Positions 41,501-53,765 of a DNA stretch of 64,000 bases are shown piece by piece (the stretch's first letter is position 1; each line of letters starts with the position of its first letter). The DNA lies in the NCBI GenBank assembly GCA_028826165.1, contig JAPDFW010000120.1, positions 62,001-126,000 of the forward strand, in the 5' to 3' direction. The notes beneath the pieces are model-generated. The model was not told where the DNA came from. It did not search any database and saw only the letters and a program-made list of their open reading frames with translations. The stretch comes from Anaeramoeba ignava BMAN. Its lineage: Eukaryota; Protista; Anaeramoebae. The position numbers and the translations under genes are program-made.

Positions 41501-44500
41501 TCACGAGAGATGTTTTCGTGTTTGTGGTTTTGGAGAGGAAATTGAGCCAAAGTTATCGAATGTGTTATGATGAGGAGAATGTTCTGTGAGAGGATAATTT
41601 GAAAGCGTCCCGAAAGACGAGAAGATCCAGAGACAACAGCTTCAAATCTGTTACGAGCAATTGAGATATTTTTGCGGAATAATGCTTCTCGTGAAACAAA
41701 CATAAGATGGTTGTCTTTTTTTGCAATAAATGATTTACGGAAATCTAGAGCTTGTTGGTTATCAGCAAAGAGAAGAGATATGAAGAAGGAGTGACCGAGT
41801 TTTAGATAAACAATCAAAGGATTTTTTTCGAAAATTATAGCTGTCATTAAGGAAGTATATTGAGAAGTGACAGTGTTATGATCAGGAAGATTAAGAGAAT
41901 GAGATTGTGGTGTTTGGACAGATGGATCGAGGAAAAAATACTTGATTGAAAAACACGAGCGAGCAAGGGTGACTTCTGCTGAGAAGTTTCCGTAAATGGT
42001 TGATGCTTTACATTTGAAAATTTCGACATTTAATTCATTTTTAAAATAAAAATAAAGGAACCAACTGGAGTTTTTTCTTTTGCTTTCAAAATCGAAAGCA
42101 AAGCCTCTTCTTGAAGAATTGTCCATAAATTCGATGTCTATGAAAATACTCTCATCGATGTAGAAGCACCCGCGAGAAGTGTGATCATTAGCAAACGAGA
42201 TTCGTGAGAAAGGACTGTATCTTCTTGAAACAGTGATTTTGTCATAACGCAACACAAAGTGGGAGAAATGGAGACTAATTTCGACTTCACCAACATTTAT
42301 AGAGAACGAGTTGTAAACTCTACATTTATATATTGTTGCTTCTGGACTGTGAAATTCTGCCAAATTTTTCTGCGGTAAAGTGTATGTTTGTTCTTCAAAT
42401 TCTTCCATCAAATTGAAATTCACTGGAAAAATTTTTGAGAGTAAGAGGATGCAAAGTGGATTCAATAGGGATAAAAGCGGAATAAGCTGAAGTCAAAACA
42501 AAAAGCAAATCTGTTTTTTTGATATTTTGGGAATTTGTCAATTCGTTTTTCTTATCCTTTTTCTTATCCTTTTTTTTATTTGATTTTTTGACATTTTCTA
42601 ATTCTTCTTTTAAATTGAGATTTGCCAGTTCAAGTAATTTTTTGACAGGTTGTTTTTTTGCAAACATAAGATAGATATTAATAAAGATATCACGCTCAAC
42701 TGAAGACTTCATCACAATCAAAAAAGAATCGTCTCTAAAATGCAAAACAAACTGTTTTAAATTCATTGAATTTAGATAAAAATGGCAATTTCCAGAATAG
42801 GGAATTATAAGATGCTTCTCTTGCTCGTTTCTTGAAGCTCCCGCGGCAATCCACAAGCCTTTCCTACCAAGAACAATCATGCCGCGGTATTTCTGTCTTC
42901 CCTTGATCTTGATCTTGAATTTTGCGGATTTTTTGTTCATCAACTTCTCCATTCTGTCTGAAATCACCCTCTTTTGCTGGATGTTTGAGCACTGTATTAT
43001 TGGGGCGTTAAAAGTAACATTGTCTTGGAAAGGAATATTCTGGTTTTTTTGGAGTACCAAGGCCTCTCCCTCTTTTGTGAATTGAGAGTAAGTGAATATC
43101 TTGGAAAAATCGTTGTAAACTTGGCAAAAATTGGATTTTTGCTTTTCCTCATTGAGGATCTTTTGCAGAGATATTTGCTTATTATCCGCCCAATTCTGCA
43201 CAATCAATGGAATGTTATCCAAAAGTGTGTTAGTTTCAATTTGGAAATTTGTGAAGCATTTCAAAAGCAATTCTCTTTGTGAAAAAAAATCGCATTGAAA
43301 CTCAATTTTTTGGTTTTTTTCTTTAATAAAAATTTCGAGTAAAGAAAGATCGTGTTTGCGGATACGAATAGAGTGTGTGAGCTGTATATCTAATAAGGGG
43401 TTAGCATCCTGGTCAAATACTCTCGCAGCACCCTTTTCAACAATCAAGTTTACGAGGCTGTATGCATCATTAGAATTTTGTCGAAATGCAATTTGAAAAA
43501 CGGCGCGATTCTTTTTGACGAGACGATAAACCAGGGCGTTGACTTCATTTTCTATTCCCAAGATGTCTCCGGAGATGATGTCTGTTGTAGTGAAACCGGA
43601 ATAGTGCTGGAACATGCGGAACGTTATGGCGATCAAGAATTGGTCATCGGTGGTTTTGACAGCTAGTTTTAAGTAATGCTTGGCTGTCAAGTGGATTTTT
43701 AGCAAGCTCTGCGTAGGCAAGTTCTCGGTCTCAATATTCCTTTCATGTTTTGGTAGGTATCTCTGTCTAATTGGTTGCTGCATTTCGATAATAATCTCAT
43801 AACTATTTTGCTTCAACTTCAGAACAGATTCCAAATTCATTTCCGAATCCTTATCAATAACTGCCACGTTGAACAAAGCAATTCCGTTTGCAAAATATCC
43901 TTGAATTGTTTGCATGATGTGTTTTGCGTCTCGACGATAAAGAAGCTGATGTTCTGTTATCTCGCTATCTTCTTTCTCTGTGATCTGCGAATTGTCTTCT
44001 TCGCCACTTGTCCATTCATAATCTTCCCGTTGAATCGTTCGTGCTCGCGGTGACAATAAAGGTTCGTGCAGTAGTTTTTCCCTGTTTGTTGCCAGTTCTT
44101 TTATTTTTTGAATCAATGGAACTATCTTATCCAACTTATTATCCAAATTAATTTCATTTGGTTCAAATAGTAATTTTTCCTCAATCCCATATTTTTTGCA
44201 TTGTGTCATTAAGTACTTTATATTTAATGGGGCAACTGTTGGGAGTCTTTATAAAAAGATTGAAATTTTTAATATGAATTGATTTTTTATTTATTTTACG
44301 ATTTATTTAAATTGATTTATTATTTTGAATTGATTTTTATTTTAAATTGATTTTTTATTTTAAATTGATTTATTATTTTAAATTGATTTATTATTTTTAA
44401 ATTGATTTATTATTTTAAATTGATTTATTATTTTAAATTGATTTATTATTTTAAATTGGGTGGTGATTTTTATTTTATTTTAAATTGATTTATTATTTTA

Positions 44501-46505
44501 AATTGATTGATTTATTATTTTTATTTTAAATTGATTTATTATTTTAAATTGATTTTTATTTTAAATTGATTTATTATTTTAAATTGATTTTTATTTTATT
44601 TTAAATTGATTTATTATTTTAAAATTGATTTTTTATTTATTATTTTAAATTATTTTAAATTGATTTATTATTTTCTTTTAAATTGATTTATTATTTTAAA
44701 TTGATTTATTATTTTAAATTGATTTATTATTTTTAAATTATTTTTAAATTATTTTTATTTTAAATTTATTTTTTATTTATTATTTTAAAATTTTAAATTT
44801 TTATTTTAAATTGATTTATTATTTTAAATTGATTTATTATTTTAAATTGATTTTTATTTTAAATTGATTTATTATTTTAAATTGATTTTATTTTAATTTA
44901 TTATTTTAAATTGATTTATTATTTTAAATTGATTATTATTTTATTTTAAATTGATTTATTATTTGATTTTATTTTTAAATTGATTTATTATTTTAAATTG
45001 ATTTATTATTTTTTAAATTGATTTATTATTTTAAATTGATTTTTATTTTTTGATTTTTATTTTAAATTGATTTATTATTTTAAATTGATTTATTATTTTA
45101 TTTATTATTTTTATTTATTATTTTAAATTGATTTTATTTTAAATTGATTTTATTTTTAAATTTTAAATTGATTTATTATTTTAAATTGATTTATTATTTT
45201 AAATTGATTTATTATTTTAAATTGATTTATTATTTTAAATTGATTTATTATTTTAAATTGATTTATTATTTTAAATTGATTTATTATTTTAAATTGATTT
45301 ATTATTTTAAATTGATTTATTATTTTAAATTGATTTTAAATTATTTTAAATTGATTTTTATTTTTATTTTAAATTGATTTATTATTTTTAAATTGATTTT
45401 ATTATTTTAAATGATTTTTATTTTTATTTTTAAATTGATTTATTATTTTAAATTGATTTATTATTTTAAATTGATTTTTATTTTAAAATTATTTTTGATT
45501 TATTATTTTAAATTGATTTATTATTTTAAATTATTTTAAATTGATTTATTATTTTAAATTGATTTATTTTTAAATTGATTTATTATTTTAAATTGATTTA
45601 TTATTTTAAATTGATTTATTATTTTTTAAATTGATTTTTATTTTAAATTTTTAATTTTAAATTTTTATTTTAAATTGATTTATTATTTTAAATTGATTTA
45701 TTATTTTTAAATTGATTTATTTTTAAATTGATTTATTATTTTAAAATTGATTTATTATTTTAAATTTTTAAATTGATTTTTAAATTTGATTATTTTTTAT
45801 TATTTTAAATTTTGATTTATTATTTTAAATTGATTTATTATTTTAAATTTTTATTTTAATTGGTTTTTATTTTGATTTATTATTTTAAATTGGTTTATTA
45901 TTTTTAAATTGATTTTTATTATTTTTGAAAATTGATTTATTATTTTAAATTGATTTATTATTTTAAAATTGATTTATTTATTTTTAAATTGGTTTATTAT
46001 TTTATTTATTTTACGATTTTTATTTAAAATTGATTTTTTATTTTAAATTGATTTATTATTTTGAATTGATTTATTATTTTTTATTTATTATTTTTAAATT
46101 GATTTATTATTTTAAATTGATTTATTATTTTGAATTGATTTATTATTTTAAATTGATTTATTATTTTAAATTGATTTTTTTTTATTATTTTAAATTGATT
46201 TATTATTTTAAAATTGATTTTTATTTTTAAATTGATTTATTATTTTAAATTAAATTTATTATTTTAAAAATTATTTTAAATTGATTTTAAATTGATTTAT
46301 TTTAAATTGATTTTGTGAATTTATTTTTATTTTACGATTTTTTTTTTGCTTCTTCTATAATTGGATTTAATTTTGTTAATAATAAATTTAAATTGTTTAT
46401 TATTGAACGAATTTGCATTTTTGGTTGAAATTCTTTTTTTATTATTCTTGAAACCCATGAAAATAAATCATTTATTAAATTTTCATTTTGATTAAAATCA
46501 TTCAT
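38521..46505 (-). CDS. ~2000-aa protein: CH-like N-terminus plus ~10 tandem PH-like modules and an NEIK/NQKS low-complexity tract
   Basis: Exon 46505-46336, intron 46335-44247, then ORFs 42395-44209, 40417-42465, 38700-40358 and 38521-38718 joined by three single-base shifts in A/T runs. Confidence 0.7.
44280..46310. repeat. Intronic 18-bp array (TTTTAAATTGATTTATTA)n
   Basis: About 2 kb; produces the FKLIYY ORFs. Confidence 0.93.
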
Positions 46506-46589
46506 TTTGTTTTTAAAAAAAGAAAAATGAAAAAAGAAAAATGAAAAATGAATTTTAACGAAAAATTTTTTTGATTTGTTTTATTTAAT

Positions 46590-47475
46590 TTTGATATAAA
46601 ATTGATATAAAATAGATTTAAAATTGATTTAAAATTGATATAAAATTGATTTAAAATTGATTTAAAATTGATATAAAATTGATATAAAATTGATATAAAA
46701 TAGATTTAAAATTAATATAAAATTGATTTAAAATTGATTTAAAATTGATATAAAATTGAATTAAAATTGATTTAAAATTGATTTAAAATTGATATAAAAT
46801 TGATTTAAAATTGATTTAAAATTGATTTAAAATTGATATAAAATTGATTTAAAATTGATTTAAAATTGATATAAAATTGATATAAAATTGATTTAAAATT
46901 GATATAAAATTGATATAAAATTGATTTAAAATTGATTTAAAATTGATTTAAAATTGATTTAAAATTGATATAAAATTGATATAAAATTGATATAAAATTG
47001 ATATAAAATTGATTTAAAATTGATATAAAATTGATATAAAATTGATATGATATAAAAATTGATTTAAAATTGATTTAAAATTGATTTAAAATTAATTTAA
47101 AATTGATTTAAAATTGATTTAAAATTGATTTAAATTTGATATAAAATTGATTTAAAATTGATTTAAAATTGATATAAAATTGATATAAAATTGATTTAAA
47201 ATTGATTTAAAATTGATTTAAAATTGAATTAAAATTGATATAAAATTGATTTAAAATTGATTTAAAATTGAATTAAAATTGATATAAAATTGATATAAAA
47301 TTAATTTAAAATTGATTTAAAATTGATTTAAAATTGATTTAAAATTGATTTAAAATTGATTTAAAATTGAATTAAAATTGATATAAAATTGATTTAAAAT
47401 TGATTTAAAATTGATATAAAATTGATTTAAAATTGATTTAAAATTGATTTAAAATTGATTTAAAATTGATTTAAT
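46590..47475 (-). repeat. 11-bp satellite, reverse complement of the 3990-5850 array
   Basis: (TTTAAAATTGA/TATAAAATTGA)n on the + strand, directly after the stop of the minus-strand ankyrin-BTB gene. Confidence 0.97.
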
Positions 47476-47487
47476 TTTGAATTAGAT

Positions 47488-49416
47488 TTAAAGGAAATAA
47501 GTTGTTAAAGGAGAGTTTTCATTTAATTGGAAAAAATCAACTGCATTTCGAAGTTCTTTAAGATAAGGTTCAAGTTCTTCACAAACATCAATTTGATCAC
47601 GATAAATAAACTCAATCAACAAAGCAATTGCATTAACACTCATTCCAGTTTGATCAGTAACAGCATTAGAAGTATCATCTTTAGCACATAAAAACATTCC
47701 TCTAAATAAACCACTTCTCACAAATAAAACAAATTTATGAACTTGAATCATTTGTCCAAATTGTGTTTTAAATACAAAATCTTTTGTTGTTTCATCTTTA
47801 TATAAATTTTCCAAAAGTTTAATCAACCCATTTTTTCCTTCATTTTCAACCATGAATTTACTATCAAATCCAAATGATTCAACTAAAGTTTGCACAAATA
47901 TTTGATCTACTGCTTCATCCAAAATATCTGAATATTTTGCTCCATAAACCCATTTAATAAATGGATAAATATCATCTTTTTTTCTAAGTTCACTTTTTTT
48001 CTTTAAATTATGATAGTTTTGTTCTCCAATTCTTTTGATCACAAATTCTTTGTGAATTCCAATTGTTGAATCTGTGAATTTAATTTCATCATTTGCTAAA
48101 TTATCTTCTGTTTTCAGAATTTCCAAAAAATCCTCAACTAATGAATTTTTACTTTTTAATATTCTTTCAACTAATGGTTTAATTTCTTTATTGCATCGAT
48201 CTAAAAGTGTTTTATTCTAATTTTATCAATTAATTTTTATTATTACTTTTTGGAAAATTAAATCTATTTTGATACTTCCTAAAAATATAAATATTTTTAA
48301 ATATTTTTGGATATTTTTGGATATTTTTGGATAATATTACTTCATCAGTTGTATCAGCTTCTGCTCCTTTTCTAAGAAGTAATTTTGTTGCTTCAACTTG
48401 TGAACAAGCAACTGCTTTCATTAATGGAGTCCATCCCTTTTTCCAAAAAAAAACAATAACAAAAAAATCAATTATCAAAGAAAAAAGGAATAATTTTTTT
48501 TAAATAAATTTACATACTTTTTTTTGTTTGATTAAAAAATTTAAAATAAATAAAGATTTAAAAAAGAAAAAAGAAAAAATTAAAATTAAAATTACATTTC
48601 CTCTTGGATCAATTTTTGCTCCACTTTTAATTAATGTCTCAATAATTTCAACATGTCCTTTTCCTGCAGCATAATGTAAAGCAACATTTCCCTAAATTCA
48701 AAATTAAATCAAAAAAAAAAATTCCCAAAAAAAAAAATTTTTTTTTTTACAGTCTTTATTTTATTTAATTAAAAAGTGGATTAAAAATTTTTTTTTAAAG
48801 AAATAAAATGATAAATTTTTTACTTTATCAGTTGCTTCTAAATTTGCTTTATGTTTTATCAAGACTTTAACTTGTTGAAGTAAATTAGATTCACTTGCTA
48901 CTTGTAAAGCAGTTTTTCCATACTAATTCAAAATTTTAATTAAAAATTAATTAAAAATTCATTTAGAAAAATTTTAATTCAAATAAACTTACAAAATCAA
49001 TACTATCAACATTGCCTCCAAATTCAAGAATTTTATCAAGAATTTCTGGAACTTTTCTTTCTACTGCTGAACAAACGATATTTGAATACTAAAAAAAAAC
49101 AAAAAAGTGAAAAAAATTTTTGAATATTTTTTTTTTGCTTTTTTTACTTGAAGTTTAAAATTAGGATCAGCTCCATTTTCAAGTAAAAAAGTAATAATAT
49201 CAAGATTTCCTGCTGTAATAGCATCTTCTAAAGGATGTGTATCTTGCTTTATTATTTCAAAATTATTTTAAATTAATTTAATTTTTAATTTATTTAAATT
49301 TAGTTTTAATTTACATGAACAAAATTAACTGATGCTTTGTTTTTAACAAGTTCTTTAACTTTAGAAAGATTCCCACTTTCAATTGCTTTAACTAATTCTT
49401 GTTCTTTATTTCCCAT
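47488..49416 (-). CDS. Ankyrin-repeat protein with C-terminal tandem BTB/POZ module
   Basis: Exons 49416-49315, 49246-49148, 49088-48993, 48922-48824, 48691-48596, 48436-48341, 48216-47488. GKTALQVA, ALHYAAGKGHVEII, GWTPLMKA; BTB DFVF...VHKFVLFVRSGLFRGMF...LIEFIY. Confidence 0.9.
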
Positions 49417-49795
49417 TTTTTAATTTTTTTTTTTAAATTTAATTCAAAAAATAAAAAAATGATCTTTTGGAATTTGAAAAAAAAAAATATTTTATAAAAT
49501 TGAAAAAAAAAATATCAAAAATAATTTTCTAAAATAATTCCCTTTTTTAAATAAGAATTAAATTTGATTATTTTGATTAATTCATCAATTTGATTTACAT
49601 CTTAATTTTCTGAAATAACTTTTTTTTTATTGCTTTAAGATCTTCTTTTAAACAAACAATAATTATTAAAGAATTTATTTTTAATTTTTAAAAAAAGAAA
49701 AAATAAATAAATTTTTCTCCTTTTTTTAATTTTTTTTTTCATTTTTTTTTTTCATTTTTTTTCTTTTGTTTTTTTTTCTTTTCATTTAATTTACA

Positions 49796-51361
49796 ATGTT
49801 CCAAAGAAGAATTATGATTGAAACACAAAGATTACTTTCAGATCCTCGTAATTAATTAAATAATTTATTATAAAAGAAAAAAAAATATTTTTTTTGATTT
49901 TAAAAAAATTTATTTAAGAAATTAATAAATTAACTTTTTTTTTTTATTTCATTTTTAAATTAATTTTTTTAGTTGCTGGAATTACTGCAAAACCTGATGA
50001 ACAAAATATGAGATATTTTCATGCAACAATTGAAGGTCCAACAAATACAGCTTATGAAGGTTTGTTTATTAAATTTAAAAAGGAAAAAAAAAGAAATTAA
50101 ATTTTATTTAGATTTGAAATTAAAAATGAAATTAAAATGAAATTAAAAATGAAATTAAAAATGAATTTATATTTAAAATTAAAATGAAATTATATTTAAA
50201 TTTAAAATGAAATTAAAATGAAATTAAAATTAAATTTAAAATGAAATCAAAATCAAAATTAAAATGAAATTAAAAATGAAATTAAAAATGAAATTATATT
50301 TAAAATTAAAAATGAAATTAAAAATGAAATTAAAAATGAAATTAAAAATGAAATTATATTTAAATTTAAAATGAAATTTAAAATGAAATTAAAAATGAAA
50401 ATTAAAAATGAAATTAAAAATGAAAATTAAAAATGAAATTAAAATGAAATTAAAAATGAAATTAAAAATGAAATTAAAATTAAATTAAAATTAAAATGAA
50501 ATTTAAAATGAAATTAAAATGAAATTAAAAATGAAATTTAAAATGAAATTAAAAATGAAATTTAAAATGAAATTTAAAATGAAATTTAAAATAAAATTTA
50601 AATTTAAAATTAAAATTAAATTAAAATTAAAATTAAAATGAAATTAAAATGAAATTTAAAATGAAATTTAAAATGAAATTTAAAATGAAAAATTTAAATT
50701 TAAAATGAAATTTAAAATGAAATTAAAATGAAATTAAAAATGAAATTATATTTAAATTTAAAATGAAATTGAAATGAAATTTAAAATGAAATTATATTTA
50801 AATTTAAAATGAAATTTAAAATGAAATTTAAAATGAAATTTAAAATGAAATTAAATTAAATTTAAAATGAAAATAAAAATGAAATTATATTTAAATTTAA
50901 AATGAAATTTAAAATTATATTTAAAATGAAATTAAAATGAAATTAAAATGAAATTTAAAATGAAATTTAAAATGAAATCAAAATCAAAATCAAAATTATA
51001 TTTAAAATGAAATTAAAAATTATATTTGAATTAAAAATTATATTTAAAAGGAGGAGTTTTCCATCTTGAAATCTTTTTACCAGAAGAATATCCAAATAAA
51101 CCACCTAAAGCAAGATTTCTCACAAAAATATATCATCCAAACATTGATAAAGTTGGAAGAATCTGTCTTGATATTTTAAAAAAAAAATGGACAGCAGCTT
51201 TACAAATTAGCAAAGTTCTTTTAAGTATACAAGCATTATTAGCAGCACCAAATCCTGATGACCCTCTTGATAATACTGTAGCTGAACAATGGAAACAAGA
51301 TGAAAAAGCTGCACTTGAAACTGCACGCGAATGGACTCGAAAGTATGCCATTAATAATTAA
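49796..51361 (+). CDS. UBC13: Ubiquitin-conjugating enzyme E2 N (Ubc13)
   Basis: [14 protein letters not shown]|[16 protein letters not shown]...YE|[15 protein letters not shown]...[18 protein letters not shown]...APNPDDPL...AREWTRKYA. Two introns, the second ~1 kb and repeat-filled. Confidence 0.93.
50115..51040. repeat. Intronic 11-13 bp array (AAAATGAAATT[T])n
   Basis: Read directly. Confidence 0.9.
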
Positions 51362-51591
51362 TTTCTTAACCTTCATTCTTTTTTTTTTTCTTTCATTTTT
51401 CCGTTTTTTTTTTTCATTTTTTTTCTTTCTTTCATTTTTCCGTTTTTTTTTTTTAAGAATTTTGACAAATGATTTTTCAATTAATTCCAAAATTTTAAGA
51501 AATAAATTTCCCAATAATTTCAAAATTTAATTTTTAATTTTTAATTTTTTTCATTTTTTTCATTTTTTTCATTTTATTTTTTTTAAAAAAA

Positions 51592-53379
51592 ATGTCTTTT
51601 AATTTAAAAGTTCATATTGGTGGTTCTGAGACAATAACTTTACTTGTTGATTCGAAATGGAATCTTTCTCAACTTAAAGAATTAATTTATAAATATACAA
51701 GAATTCCTATTAATTTACAAAAAATAATTTTTGAAGGTCGACCAATTTTAGAAGATAAAACACTTGAATCTTATGGTAAAAAAAAAGTTACAAATTTCAT
51801 TTTATAAATGAATTATAATTTTAATTTTAAAATGAATTTTAATTTAAATTTTAAAAGGAATTGATGAAACAAAAATTGTTCATGTTGTTCAAATGATTCA
51901 AAAATCTTCACAAGGAATAAAAATAAATGAATCTCAATTAAATTTTCTTACAAATGCTGCTAAAACTTTTTCTAATCCACAAGTTATTGATAAAATGACT
52001 GAATCTTTTCCTTTTTTGAAAAACATTTTTGAAACAAATCCTGATATAAAAGAAATGCTAACAGATCCTGAAAAATTAAAAAAACAATTAAAAAAAGAAT
52101 CATTAGAAGATATGTTAGAATTACAAGATATATTAGGAATTACAAAGTATAAGAAATCTTAATTTTAATTTTAATTTTAAATTAATTTTATTATTTTAAT
52201 TTTAATTTTAATCTTAATTTTAATTTTAATTTTAATTTTAATTTTAATTTTAATTTTAATTTTAATTTTAATTTTAATTTTAATTTTAATTTTGATTTTA
52301 ATTTTAATTTTATAAATTAAATTTTATTATTATTTTAATTATAATTTTAATTTTAATTTTATAAATTAAATTTTATTATTATTTTAATTTTAATTTTAAT
52401 TTTAATTTTAATTTTAATTTTAATTTTGATTTTAATTTTGATTTTAATTTTAATTTTAATTGGATTTAGTCCTTTAGATGCTTTATCTATGACTTTTGGA
52501 ATGGGAAAAATGCCAGAACCTCAACAATCAAGAAATCAACAAAAAGATTCACCAATGAATTTTATGGAGAGATTTATGCTAAATCCAGAACAAATGAATC
52601 AATTTATGAATACAACTCAATCAAATCAAAATCAAAATCAAAATCAAAATCAAAACCAAAAATCAAAATAGAATCAATTTATGAATCAATTTATGAACCA
52701 ATTTATGAATCAAATCAATTTCAAAATCAATTTAAAAATCAAAATCAAAATCAAAATCAAAATCAAAATCAAAATCCAATGAATCAATTTATGAATCAAA
52801 ATCAAAATAGAAATCAAAATCAAAATAGAAATCAAAATCAAAATAGAAATCAAAATCAAAATCCAATGAATCAATTTATGAATCAAAATAAAAACCAAAA
52901 TCCAAAATCAAAATCAAAATCAAAATCAAAATCAAAATCAAAATCAAAATAAAAACCAAAACCAAAATCAAAAATCAAAATCAAAAATCAAATAAATCAA
53001 ATTCAATTAAATCAATCCTTAAATCAACAAAAATTAAATCAATCAAAAATTAAAAATTAAATTTAAATCAAATTAAATCAAATCAATTAAATCAATCAAA
53101 TCAACAAAAATTAAATCAATCAAATCAATTAAATCAAGGTTAAAATTTTAAGTTTAAATTTTAATTTAATTTGAATTTTTATATTAATTTTAATTTGTAT
53201 TTGAATTTAAATTTTAGATTTTCAAAAATATCGATTTGGAAAATATATATCAAGAACAATTACAACAATTAGAAGAAATGGGATTTACAAATCAATCTAA
53301 AAATTTACAAGCATTAAAAAAATCAGAAGGAAATTTAGAATTAGCAATTGAATTTTTAGATGATGATCAAGAAAATTAA
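51592..53379 (+). CDS. Ubiquilin/Dsk2-like UBL-STI1-UBA protein
   Basis: UBL (QKIIFEGRPILEDKTLESYG|I), STI1-like (NPDIKEMLTDPE), an N/Q/M tract containing indels, and UBA (YQEQLQQLEEMGFTNQSKNLQALKKSEGNLELAIEFL). Confidence 0.85.
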
Positions 53380-53414
53380 TGATCAAAAAAAAAATTATCT
53401 TTTTAAATATTAAA

Positions 53415-53665
53415 ATTTCAATTTAAATTCGATTTGGAAAATAAATTTAAATTCCACTTTTGAATTAAATTTTAATTCGATTTGGAAAATAAATTTTGAT
53501 TCCACTTTTAAAATAAATTTTAATTCGATTTGGAAATTAAATTTAAATTCGATTTGGAAAATAAATTTAAATTCGATTTGGAAAATAAATTTAAATTCCA
53601 CTTTTGAATTAAATTTTAATTCGATTTGGAAAATAAATTTAAATTCGATTTGGAAAATAAATTTT
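53415..53665. repeat. 24-bp minisatellite downstream of ubiquilin
   Basis: AAATTCGATTTGGAAAATAAATTT units interleaved with ATTCCACTTTTGAATT variants. Confidence 0.9.
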
Positions 53666-53765
53666 GATGATTTCAATTCTAAATAAAAAAAAATTTTTTT
53701 TCTTTTTTTTTCTTTTTTGTTTTTTCATTTTTTTCATTTAAAAAAAAAGAATTAAAGAAAAGAAA

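Noticed and set aside
42395-44209. Higher-GC segment as a foreign insertion or mobile element
   Set aside because: It is spliced to a native AT-rich first exon, has no transposase, RT or terminal repeats, and similar GC rises occur in AP-3 beta and GDI exons.
32907-46505. Inteins in AlaRS or the giant protein
   Set aside because: I found no Hint N-terminal block, HN-C/S/T junction or LAGLIDADG motif in the translations.
51133-51530. Minus-strand and alternative-frame ORFs over UBC13, and similar ones over GDI, AP-3 beta and the giant gene
   Set aside because: They are shadows of well-supported genes.
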